Source: an uncultured Prevotellaceae bacterium (GTDB lineage: Bacteria > Bacteroidota > Bacteroidia > Bacteroidales > Bacteroidaceae). Taken from it: a stretch of DNA of 64,000 bases. The position numbers and the translations under genes were made by a program. Below, in pieces: positions 37,977 through 46,741 of this stretch. Location of the stretch: assembly GCA_900319385.1 (NCBI GenBank), contig ONOG01000010.1:17022-81021 (forward strand), in the 5' to 3' direction. The stretch's first letter is position 1, and each line of letters begins with the position of its first letter. The notes below the pieces were generated by a model. The model saw only the letters and a program-made list of their open reading frames with translations. It ran no database searches and had not been told where the DNA came from.

Positions 37977-37980
37977 TATA

Positions 37981-38733
37981 TTAGATTGAAGCACAGCCAT
38001 CGACTCCGAGTATCTGTCCCGAGATGTAGGAGGCGCGGTCGCTGGCCAGGAAGGCACAGGCTGTAGCTATGTCCTGTGGGGTGCCAAGTCGTCCGAGGGC
38101 GATGCGGCTGATGCGCTGGTCAATCTTTTCTCCGCTGGACTCGTAGAGTTCGGCAAAGCGTTCGGTCTTTACGATGCCTGGTGCCACTGCGTTGACTCGG
38201 ATTCCTTGCGCTGCCAATTCCTTGGCGGCGGACTTGGTGAGGGCTATGATGGCTCCCTTGGTTGCGGAATAGGCTACTTGTCCTGGCGAGCCGAGGACTG
38301 CTGTGACGGATGCTATATTGACGATACTTCCACCACCAGTCTTGGCCATGAGACGGGAAACAAGCTGAATAAGTTCAATGACGGCGATAACGTTGATGCG
38401 GAACATGAGTTCGGTCTCTGCGCGCAGAATCATGCCTATCTTGCGGTTGAAGACGACGCCGGCATTGTTGACAAGCACGTCAATGCGGCCTTCTTGCTTG
38501 AAGACTTGCATCATGGCTGTTTTAACGGCGGCAGGATCGGTGACGTCGAAGCATAGAGGTATGACGCGGGTGTTGGTACCAGCGGCAAGCACTCTCGCCC
38601 ACTCTTCCATCACGCCTTGCTGGCGGTCGGCGGCATAGACGATTGCTCCGTCGTGAGCCATCTGCTCGGCAATGGCACGTCCAATGCCTTGTGCTGCACC
38701 TGTGACGATACAAACTTTATGGGATAGCAACAT
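37981..38733 (-). CDS. SDR-family oxidoreductase (FabG-like ketoreductase) 1
   Basis: VTGAAQGIGRA, NNAG, YSATK. ATG 38733 (MLLSHKVCIVTG) is preferred over the track TTG at 38757. Confidence 0.85.
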   Translation of the reverse strand: MLLSHKVCIVTGAAQGIGRAIAEQMAHDGAIVYAADRQQGVMEEWARVLAAGTNTRVIPLCFDVTDPAAVKTAMMQVFKQEGRIDVLVNNAGVVFNRKIGMILRAETELMFRINVIAVIELIQLVSRLMAKTGGGSIVNIASVTAVLGSPGQVAYSATKGAIIALTKSAAKELAAQGIRVNAVAPGIVKTERFAELYESSGEKIDQRISRIALGRLGTPQDIATACAFLASDRASYISGQILGVDGCASI

Positions 38734-38753
38734 ATGAAATGTAGAGATTTTTA

Positions 38754-39506
38754 TCAAGAGAGCGTACGTCCCCCATCTATCTTGATGGATGTTCCTGTCA
38801 CCCAGCTACTTGCATCAGAAAGAAGGTATATGATACCGTATGCCACGTCTTCGGGACGGCCAAATCGGCGAAGGGGGTATTTCTGACATTCGGCTTCGCG
38901 TTGCTCATCTGTCCAACTTAGGGTGGCAGAACCTTCCGTTTCGATGATGGCCGGATTGACACTGTTGCAACGTATGCCTCGCTTAGCAAGTTCGAGTGCT
39001 GCTGTTCTCATCATGGCATCAAGTGCGCTCTTGGTAGAGGCATAAATACCATTGGCTGGTGTCACTCTATAGACACCGGCTGCCGACGATACAAAGACAA
39101 TGGATGCACGAGGTGCAAACTTGCGTTTTTTAAGTATATAACGAAGAAGCAGAACTGGTGCATTGAGATTCACTTGCTGCATCTGTGTCAGTTTCTCTTC
39201 TGTATAGGCAAGCAGTGGCACCAATCCAATTACACCAAACGACAGTACAAGACCATCGACCGTGGTCAACATCGATACGAGCCGTTCTACATCAGCAAGC
39301 AAAGTGAGATCGGCACAAACCATTTGGTGCCCTTCTCCCGGAAGTTGAGTGAATGTCTCTGTCAGACGCTGTTGGTTTCGCCCGGTGATGAAAACAGTGG
39401 CTCCCATGTGAGCGCATTGGATGGCTGTTGCTCGTCCAATTCCGCTGGATGCACCCGTAATGAGTATGTTTTTTTGAGCAAGAGTGAATGGGGATGGTGT
39501 GCTCAT
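38754..39506 (-). CDS. SDR-family oxidoreductase (FabG-like ketoreductase) 2
   Basis: ITGASSGIGRA and YASTK. Its start overlaps the stop of the upstream carrier gene (ATGA). Confidence 0.85.
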   Translation of the reverse strand: MSTPSPFTLAQKNILITGASSGIGRATAIQCAHMGATVFITGRNQQRLTETFTQLPGEGHQMVCADLTLLADVERLVSMLTTVDGLVLSFGVIGLVPLLAYTEEKLTQMQQVNLNAPVLLLRYILKKRKFAPRASIVFVSSAAGVYRVTPANGIYASTKSALDAMMRTAALELAKRGIRCNSVNPAIIETEGSATLSWTDEQREAECQKYPLRRFGRPEDVAYGIIYLLSDASSWVTGTSIKIDGGRTLS

Positions 39507-39730
39507 TGCTTCGATGCGACGATGTCGTAGAGTTCTTGAAGTGTGTGTGTCTTTCGCATTTCTTCAGGCGAAAGTACGATGTCATATTCATCGTCAATCA
39601 TCGTGATGATGAGCAGTGCTGTGAGCGAGGTCCATTCGTCTAAGTCACGAAAACGGGTCTCGGGGGTCAATTCGACACTGAGCATGTCAAACTGATCGGC
39701 AACGTTGTCGATAAATGCTTGGATATCCAT
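39503..39730 (-). CDS. acyl carrier protein (carrier 2)
   Basis: 75 aa, acidic, LDEWTSLTALLIITMIDDEY serine context. Confidence 0.7.
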   Translation of the reverse strand: MDIQAFIDNVADQFDMLSVELTPETRFRDLDEWTSLTALLIITMIDDEYDIVLSPEEMRKTHTLQELYDIVASKQ

Positions 39731-39734
39731 AGAA

Positions 39735-40376
39735 TTAAATTTTGTTGATTGAAAACACTTTTGCTGGCGAGCCCATCACGGTTGTCCCGCTCTTTACTCG
39801 ACGAACGACAAAGCTGAGAGCTCCGACTCGTGAGTTGGACTCGATGATAACACCGTGATTAAGAACAGAACCTGTGTAGATATCAACTTCGTCCATCAAT
39901 TGTGTCCCGCCCACCATGGTGACATGAGTGTCCACTCGATTCCAGTCGCCCATGACAGAGTCGTGTCCTATGACTGTATACGACTGGATGAGGTTGTATT
40001 TTCCTATCTTGGCTTCTGCTCCGATAGAGGTATAGGCACCAATCACAGTACCCTCGCCAATGGTGACGTTAGTTCCAATCCGAGCAGTCCGATGTATCAT
40101 GGTGTAGAATTGCCCCCCACGTTCAATGATTCTTTCCATACATTTGCGACGCGAATGCCCACCAATGGAGCATACAAAACAATCGTCAGCTACGGGTTGA
40201 TAGGCTGAGATGGTTCCCAGCATGGGAGGGTATCCTTTAAAATTGTCAAGGGCCTGGATATTATCGTCGATAAAACCTTTTATTATAAAGTCTGTGCCAA
40301 AACCCAGGCTCTCTTGGGCCATATCGAAGAAAGTGCGACCCATTCCTCCGGCACCGATAATTATCAAATGTTTCAA
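39735..40376 (-). CDS. NeuD/PglD-type sugar N/O-acyltransferase (LbH with N-terminal nucleotide-binding subdomain)
   Basis: N-terminal KHLIIIGAGGMGR followed by hexapeptide repeats (IGTNVTIGEGTVIGAYTSIGAEAKIG). The start codon is TTG at 40376; no in-frame ATG preserves the G-loop. Confidence 0.8.
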   Translation of the reverse strand: MKHLIIIGAGGMGRTFFDMAQESLGFGTDFIIKGFIDDNIQALDNFKGYPPMLGTISAYQPVADDCFVCSIGGHSRRKCMERIIERGGQFYTMIHRTARIGTNVTIGEGTVIGAYTSIGAEAKIGKYNLIQSYTVIGHDSVMGDWNRVDTHVTMVGGTQLMDEVDIYTGSVLNHGVIIESNSRVGALSFVVRRVKSGTTVMGSPAKVFSINKI

Positions 40377-40478
40377 GGGGTAGAGTTGTTTTACAAATAA
40401 GAGCGATTTTATGAATATTTATCAGAATAACGTAAAAGATACGGAATTATTACAAATACGGGGAAAGTTTTTGGTTTA

Positions 40479-41642
40479 TCAGTTAGAATGACTTGAGGTT
40501 GAATGTTGCACAACATCAAGAAAGATGGATGAAAGCTGTCGTCCGATGACTTCAGCTCCGAATCGTTGAAGACACCGTTCTGCAATGTTTCTTCGGTCAT
40601 AAGTTAAGAAGTTCTGCTGCATGAACACCAAAGCATGAAAGAAGGCATCTGCATCGTTGATAGGGCAAAGCAAGCCGTCTGCTTCCTGTACAATAGATTC
40701 CGGTCCGCCACAACGTGTTGCAACGATAGGCAGCCCACAAGCCATGGCCTCTATACATACCACACTAAAAGTCTCCATCTGGGAACTCAGCAGAAATACG
40801 TCACTCTCCAGAAACTGTCGAGCTATTTCTGATTTTGTCAGTCGTCCCAGAAAACGAACCTGACCGTCAAGTCCCAAACGATGAACCTGTGACTCCAAAC
40901 GTGTACGTTCAGTTCCTTCACCAATCAAGACAAGTTCCCAGTTGCTATCTACACCGTTGAGATTGGACAGGGCATCCAGCATCACGTCAAAACGTTTTCC
41001 ATTGTTCAGAGAACCCACCGTAATATATCGAACACGAGAACGACGTCGCGGTTTTTCATTATACTGAAAATCGCTTCCCACAACATTATACACAACTTCA
41101 GACGGCTGCCCAATCAGTTTAATAATATTCTGCTGGAGAGCTGGGGAAACTGTGATGAGACGATCTAATTTAGTATAGATTTTTCTAATACTCTGAATCA
41201 TGGATTCTGGAAGATTCTTCTTAGCCAGCTCCGACCAGTGTTCAATGGCAACAAGCGGAACACCATAACGCTGCTTCAGTTGGACTGCATTAGCGGTTAC
41301 AAACAAATAATGGCTGTATAGGATATCAGGTCTCCCAAAACGCTTGCTGGCATATTCATATACCTTGCGCAGCTGCCACTGCTCAACTTTCCAACGGATA
41401 CTCTTACCCAACAGACCTATGACACTGCTTGGTATTAAAAAGCAGTTGACAAAATGTATTCCTCTATCTGTATGGCAGCTAATACCTGGCTTGCGCCAAA
41501 ACAACCTAAAGCGTGTATCGACACTAAGTACAACCACCTCATTACCTACAGAAACCAATGCTTCGGCCTGGTCCCTTTCAAAACAGCCCCATTGCGGAGA
41601 ACGTGCTGTCGGAAATCCTCGTGCTATCAGAAATACCTTCAT
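40479..41642 (-). CDS. GT4 (GT-B fold) glycosyltransferase
   Basis: 387 aa. C-terminal SQMETFSVVCIEAMACGLPIVATRCGGPESIV (E-x7-E region). Confidence 0.85.
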   Translation of the reverse strand: MKVFLIARGFPTARSPQWGCFERDQAEALVSVGNEVVVLSVDTRFRLFWRKPGISCHTDRGIHFVNCFLIPSSVIGLLGKSIRWKVEQWQLRKVYEYASKRFGRPDILYSHYLFVTANAVQLKQRYGVPLVAIEHWSELAKKNLPESMIQSIRKIYTKLDRLITVSPALQQNIIKLIGQPSEVVYNVVGSDFQYNEKPRRRSRVRYITVGSLNNGKRFDVMLDALSNLNGVDSNWELVLIGEGTERTRLESQVHRLGLDGQVRFLGRLTKSEIARQFLESDVFLLSSQMETFSVVCIEAMACGLPIVATRCGGPESIVQEADGLLCPINDADAFFHALVFMQQNFLTYDRRNIAERCLQRFGAEVIGRQLSSIFLDVVQHSTSSHSN

Positions 41643-42811
41643 GTCTCACATTCATCATTTATCAGATTCTTCTTCAACACATCGAGAAACCCATGCCCGT
41701 ACTTCAAATCCGGTTCGACATAATTGCCTTCAGCCCATTCGTTCCACGACTGCAGGAAAAGAATACGATGTTCTGCTTCTTTGTCTTTTACTAAAGATAG
41801 AGCTGTCTGCATCTGCCGGTCAAACTCCTCTGGAGTGCTATCAACATAAATACGAGCCTTCTTGCCGCTACGCGGGGTACGATCCCAACAAGGCAACAGC
41901 GTCGGAAAAACATTCTCCTGACGGTCACGCTCTACATACATATATTTATTGACTTTCTTTTGCGAACATTTAGAAACAACAAACTGGTGCAACACATTTC
42001 GCACAACAAATCGCTTTACATAATCAAAGAGACTACGCGAGAGATCTTCAGCCCGATGATAGCCTCGTGAGTTAACGGCATCGAATCCTGCTTTTATCAG
42101 CCTTGGATACAGTTCTGAACTCTGATCAGGAATGGATTTCCGCAATACATCCCTAATCGTCAAATCTTTCTCATGTATATAGTTTTGCTGAACAGCTACA
42201 AAATAAATGCCAGGAATACCATTCTTGTTGGCCAGTTCCTGCCAACGCTTGATAAACGCACTCACATCAGGCAAATCCCAAGGACGGTACACAACGAACA
42301 AGGGTTTCCCATCGACATGGATATAGCGTGGGTCACGAAAAGCAGGTAATACAGCTTCAAAATGTTTGATGTCATCAGCCTCACTATACCGCTGCTCCAT
42401 CAGTACTGAGAGTTCCATTTTGCGCGACCCTACATGCCATGACTTATTGGTCCACGACTCATTAGCCCATGCTAGACAGAAGGGAAAATCAGGCTTTCCG
42501 CTTTTCAGTACCTCAGAAAAAGGACGCTCCAGAATCTGACGACCATCACCAAACCAGTAGTGCCAGTAGCAAAAACCTTCAATGCCAGCCTCACGAGCCA
42601 TGTCTGCCTGAGCCTGGCGCACCTCAGGCATACGCAAGTCATAATAGCCAAGGTCGGCAGGTACTCGTGGTTGGTAATGGCCTTTGAATAGGGATTTAGC
42701 CTTTCCAACATTGGTCCATTCTGTAAATCCTTTGCCCCACCAACGATCGTTTTCTGGAATAGGGTGAAACTGTGGTAAGTAGAATGCCAGTACTCGAGCT
42801 TTTCTGTTCAT
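41639..42811 (-). CDS. WbsX-family (GH99-like fold) glycosyltransferase
   Basis: AFYLPQFHPIPENDRWWGKGFTEWTNV N-terminal signature. Confidence 0.75.
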   Translation of the reverse strand: MNRKARVLAFYLPQFHPIPENDRWWGKGFTEWTNVGKAKSLFKGHYQPRVPADLGYYDLRMPEVRQAQADMAREAGIEGFCYWHYWFGDGRQILERPFSEVLKSGKPDFPFCLAWANESWTNKSWHVGSRKMELSVLMEQRYSEADDIKHFEAVLPAFRDPRYIHVDGKPLFVVYRPWDLPDVSAFIKRWQELANKNGIPGIYFVAVQQNYIHEKDLTIRDVLRKSIPDQSSELYPRLIKAGFDAVNSRGYHRAEDLSRSLFDYVKRFVVRNVLHQFVVSKCSQKKVNKYMYVERDRQENVFPTLLPCWDRTPRSGKKARIYVDSTPEEFDRQMQTALSLVKDKEAEHRILFLQSWNEWAEGNYVEPDLKYGHGFLDVLKKNLINDECET

Positions 42812-42885
42812 ATCTTTTTATTTTCTTTTATAACGAGAGAAGAATTCTTTTATTATATACTCAAAAGCACTGTTGAAACTTGTAT

Positions 42886-43491
42886 TCATAGCTTGTGGGC
42901 AGGATTACCAACTACAATGGATTGAGGAGGTACATCGTGTGTGACTACACTGTTAGCTCCAATGACGGAACCATCTCCAATGGTTACACCAGGGAGAATG
43001 GTAGCTTTGTCACCAATCCAAACATTGTTACCAATAACGACAGGTCCCTTCGACTGGAGGGTGCGTTGGGCTGGCGGCTGCATGAGTTGATCAAGAGTGG
43101 TTAATCCGTGAGCATTGTCAGTAATAGTCACTTGTTTGCCAATCAACACATGATTACCAATACGAATATGACGAGCAGCAGTGATATGACAGTTTTCAGG
43201 GATGGACACATAGGATCCTATTTCCAGGCGGGGACGTTCGACGCCAGGTACACCATACCAGGTGGAGAGTATGGTGGAGGCACCTATGGTGGTGTAGTCA
43301 CCGATGCTAATGTTTTCACGTCCATCTATCCGGACACGTGGTGCAAAGACTGTACATCGCCCAACGTACAGCATGCCGTGTGCGATGTAACCGGTTCGGA
43401 TGTGACGGAGAATGTGTCGTTCGGTGACCTGAGTGAGGCGACGGAGGAGCATGGCCAGAAGGGTGCCGAGTGTTCGCAAAAGGTGACGCAT
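42886..43491 (-). CDS. hexapeptide-repeat O-acetyltransferase
   Basis: [48 protein letters not shown]. Confidence 0.8.
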   Translation of the reverse strand: MRHLLRTLGTLLAMLLRRLTQVTERHILRHIRTGYIAHGMLYVGRCTVFAPRVRIDGRENISIGDYTTIGASTILSTWYGVPGVERPRLEIGSYVSIPENCHITAARHIRIGNHVLIGKQVTITDNAHGLTTLDQLMQPPAQRTLQSKGPVVIGNNVWIGDKATILPGVTIGDGSVIGANSVVTHDVPPQSIVVGNPAHKL

Positions 43492-43562
43492 GATGATAGA
43501 TGATTATCAAAGTGAAATGTGAAGCGTGAAGTGAGAAGAATACCGATTTTTGTTAGCGATGT

Positions 43563-44624
43563 CTACTTCGTGGAAATAGATTGAAGTTGTGCCTGTATCA
43601 TGCGGGTTTTGACTGTGAGGCTGTGATGGTCTGTCTGTTCTGCGGCGTTGAGACGGGTGGTGTCGGCGAGTTGTTGCTGGATGTACTTGATGGCTGCGTC
43701 GATGCGTGCCTGATGCTGGTGGTAGTAGTCGATGCCGATGTGGTAGAGCATGACGCAGAAGTCGGTGACGTGCTGAAGGTTGTAGATTGCATAGGTGAGG
43801 GGGAGGGCCCTGCGCATTTCTTGAGGCTGACTTCCGTCGGATTGTATCTGGGCATAGAGTCGTCGGTCGGCAAATTGTTGCATGAGGAAGTTGAAATGTG
43901 GAGTATCTCCGATATAAAGGTCGATGGCGCAGGACATGACGTCGTAGGCTACGGAAAGGTTGTTTGGGGCTTGGCTTTGCTTGATGCCGAGGGGGCTTGT
44001 GCGCAGCCAACGGGCGAACTGACGGAACCACTTTTGCAGTTTGCGGTCGGTGGATCGATCAAGCTGACCATACGAACGCATGAGGCGGATGCTCTCTATG
44101 ATATCAACAAAGACATAGGCTTCGATGATGCCAAAGTAGTTGCCTCGATTGTTATTGAGATTTTTTACAAACTGGGCGTAGTCGAAATTAGGGTTCATAC
44201 GGGTTTGTTTATCAATAAACCACGCCTGAATATCAGTGAGCCACTGATTCGCATATTTCTGGTTTCGGGTAAGATGGTAGGCCTGGCTGAGGAGACGAGT
44301 TCGCCTGGCAAGTGCATTAATCTTCTTGAGGTCGTAGGTATCGCCTTCAGGATTGCGCAGGCAGTCGCGATAGACGTAGGGGGAATCGGGGGAGAGGGTG
44401 TCGGGCCAAAAGTACATGCTGAAACTCTCGAAGTTATGAGGGTCTCCTGAGATGCTGACTTTCTTGTCGGTGACAACGGGAGATGGTGTACCGATGTAGG
44501 TATCAACTTCGGGAAAGATGGCTGAACGATTGAGGCGCTGAAGATTCCAAATCAGGGTAGATGATTCTTGTGCTTGGCCAAGGATAGCTACTAGGAAAAG
44601 AAAGATGGTGAGAAGATGATTCAT
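43563..44624 (-). CDS. secreted alginate-lyase-family (alpha/alpha toroid polysaccharide lyase-like) protein
   Basis: Signal peptide MNHLLTIFLFLVAILGQAQ. General resemblance to AlgL-type proteins (..YFWPD.., ..AWF.., QAPNNLSVAYDV). Family call from recollection only; the expected NNH position reads NNL. Confidence 0.55.
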   Translation of the reverse strand: MNHLLTIFLFLVAILGQAQESSTLIWNLQRLNRSAIFPEVDTYIGTPSPVVTDKKVSISGDPHNFESFSMYFWPDTLSPDSPYVYRDCLRNPEGDTYDLKKINALARRTRLLSQAYHLTRNQKYANQWLTDIQAWFIDKQTRMNPNFDYAQFVKNLNNNRGNYFGIIEAYVFVDIIESIRLMRSYGQLDRSTDRKLQKWFRQFARWLRTSPLGIKQSQAPNNLSVAYDVMSCAIDLYIGDTPHFNFLMQQFADRRLYAQIQSDGSQPQEMRRALPLTYAIYNLQHVTDFCVMLYHIGIDYYHQHQARIDAAIKYIQQQLADTTRLNAAEQTDHHSLTVKTRMIQAQLQSISTK

Positions 44625-45661
44625 AGCTGTTGTTGTTTTTTTATGTGTTTGAGCTTGCTTTTTGTTAGAAGGGTACGGTAAAGGTAATATGGCTCGAGTA
44701 TGCCTAAGCGCGCAAAACGATATGGAAGAATATGACGCAAAAAATTAAGTGTACAAATCTGAAGCGCAAGTAGAAATCCATAGAGAGAGGAATAATGGCA
44801 GACAATATTTTTAATTTTGTTAAGAAATTGAGGCTGTGGAATGTCAGCACAAACTCTGTTAATCAAAAACAATGTTCCGATGTAGAGGGAGAAGTCGTAG
44901 CGATGGCCAAAGTGGCTTTGATAGCTGAGGTAGTTTTTCCGCAGGGTGTAGAGGTGGCTGTTCTGATGACTCGGGTCTGAGATGTGAGCTGATACAGTTG
45001 TGGGGGAGTATTTGATGCGGTAATAATAGTCTGGGGCGGTGAGAATGTATGTGTAGCGAGCTCCTGAGAGGAGGACTGTGATGTTGAAGTCGGAATCTTG
45101 TAGCGACAGGATCTTTTCGTCCCAGGTAATGTTGTGATGACGGAGATATTGTGTCTGATAGATATTAGACCAAACTATGAAGGGCAGAAATCGCTTTGCA
45201 AAACGTGCAAGGTCGTCCCCTCCCATGGGATAGCCAAAGGATTGGTGGTGTGGTTCCGTAATGGTTTCTCCATTCTGGATGACGGCAGAAGGAAATACGA
45301 GGAAGTCGTACTGTGGGTTTGCTAACATAGCTTCGATGCGTTGTCCGAGACAGGTGGGAGTAACTCGGTCATCGGAGTCGAAAAAGACGATGAAGCGACC
45401 TTTGGCTTGTTCCAGACCGATATTACGGCAAGTCTGTGCTCCCTTTGGAAGACGCTGACGTGTAATCAGCTGAATGCGCGGGTCGGACTGTGTGTAGGTG
45501 CGGAGCATATTGAGTGTTTCAGATTCGGAACCGTCGTCAATGAGCAAAAGTTCCCAATCCTGGTACTGATTGGCGATAACGGAATCTATCATGATGCTCA
45601 CTTCTGCTGGATGGTTGTAGATGGGCATCACAATTGTGAGAACAGGGGTGTTGTGGGTCAT
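44621..45661 (-). CDS. family 2 glycosyltransferase
   Basis: LTIVMPIYNHPAEVSIMIDSVIANQYQDWELLLIDDGS and FFDSDD. ATG 45661 overlaps the upstream stop. The 82 extra N-terminal codons in the track ORF overlap the pyruvyl transferase gene. Confidence 0.8.
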   Translation of the reverse strand: MTHNTPVLTIVMPIYNHPAEVSIMIDSVIANQYQDWELLLIDDGSESETLNMLRTYTQSDPRIQLITRQRLPKGAQTCRNIGLEQAKGRFIVFFDSDDRVTPTCLGQRIEAMLANPQYDFLVFPSAVIQNGETITEPHHQSFGYPMGGDDLARFAKRFLPFIVWSNIYQTQYLRHHNITWDEKILSLQDSDFNITVLLSGARYTYILTAPDYYYRIKYSPTTVSAHISDPSHQNSHLYTLRKNYLSYQSHFGHRYDFSLYIGTLFLINRVCADIPQPQFLNKIKNIVCHYSSLYGFLLALQICTLNFLRHILPYRFARLGILEPYYLYRTLLTKSKLKHIKKQQQL

Positions 45662-46731
45662 AGCTGTCTGAGGTAGTTGAGGGACTTTTGCTGAAGTGTT
45701 GAGAATGTCTGGGTGATCAAATCGTAATGAAGGGGGGGGATGTCGCTGGGGATCGTACTGCTCATAGGGGGCAGAAGGCGGTCGGAAATGTGGAGGGAGT
45801 GAAGGATGGATTGCGCTCGTCCTCCATTGGTGGAAAAGGCTGCATAGAAGGGTTTCTGAAATATAATGGCAAAGACAAGCCCATGAAATGAAGAAGTAAA
45901 GACACACTGTGCTCCATATATAAGTTGGACCAGAGATCGCGGATCTGCATTGTAGATATTGGTTGAGGTGTTCCGTCCTGTACCTTTTCCGTAGATAGTT
46001 TTCAGTTGAAGGTCATGAGCTTTTGTGTATTGGCGAATGGCTTCGTCCTGGAACGAATGGGGAAGAAGATTATAGAATAGGGCGTAGGGTGTATCTGTGG
46101 GTGATTGAAGGTGGAAGATGTCAATCCAGCGCTGCTTGCTAAGCAACATGGTCGGATCGAGATGCAGCTGGCAGGGGTAGCCAAGTGATTGGACGAGTTG
46201 ACATAGGTCGGATTCTCGAACAGAGATGGAGTCAAGATTGGAGAGAAGTTTACGGAGTTGTAACCTATCGGCATCGGTGGTAGTCACTTGCCCCATGCTG
46301 GCTGCGTACGAAATGCGATGCTGGCAGGGAATGGCATGTTGGCCAAAATAGACAGGGTTATAGGAAAAAATGAAGGGTTGTTTTCTCCAAATCTGATCGG
46401 AACCATGGATGATGACATCATAGGTCTCGTTGGGGGAAGCAGTGTAGGGAGTGATATACTGTCGGATGAATGTCTGGAATGTACGGTAACGCTTCAGGAT
46501 TGGGGATATATGAGTCATGCGGTCACGAAGGTAGGAAAGAGATAGCCTGGGCGACTTATGCATTAGTTGGTAAAAGGAGACTGGAGCATATAGGCTTTTA
46601 TGGTAGTCGGGCCAATAGTCGACATATAGGACTTCATGCCCCATGTCTTGCAGGACTACCCGCAGGGCTATGGCCTGTAGGAGTGCACCATAGTTGTGAC
46701 TTCTATGATAGGTGAGGATGCCTATTTTCAT
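45658..46731 (-). CDS. polysaccharide pyruvyl transferase family protein
   Basis: MKIGILTYHRSHNYGALLQAIAL N-terminus and SFHGLVFAII near the C-terminus, typical of the WcaK/CsaB family. Confidence 0.75.
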   Translation of the reverse strand: MKIGILTYHRSHNYGALLQAIALRVVLQDMGHEVLYVDYWPDYHKSLYAPVSFYQLMHKSPRLSLSYLRDRMTHISPILKRYRTFQTFIRQYITPYTASPNETYDVIIHGSDQIWRKQPFIFSYNPVYFGQHAIPCQHRISYAASMGQVTTTDADRLQLRKLLSNLDSISVRESDLCQLVQSLGYPCQLHLDPTMLLSKQRWIDIFHLQSPTDTPYALFYNLLPHSFQDEAIRQYTKAHDLQLKTIYGKGTGRNTSTNIYNADPRSLVQLIYGAQCVFTSSFHGLVFAIIFQKPFYAAFSTNGGRAQSILHSLHISDRLLPPMSSTIPSDIPPLHYDLITQTFSTLQQKSLNYLRQL

Positions 46732-46741
46732 GTTGTAAGTA

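Noticed and set aside
45662-45907. 82-codon N-terminal extension of the GT2 ORF 44621-45907. Similar extensions: 15123-15266 (M15-like), 37788-37844 (ligase), 9833-10012 (pgeF), 8767-8829 (obg)
   Set aside because: Each extension overlaps the well-supported upstream gene or a word repeat. An internal ATG gives a canonical N-terminus with an ATGA/TAATG-type junction.
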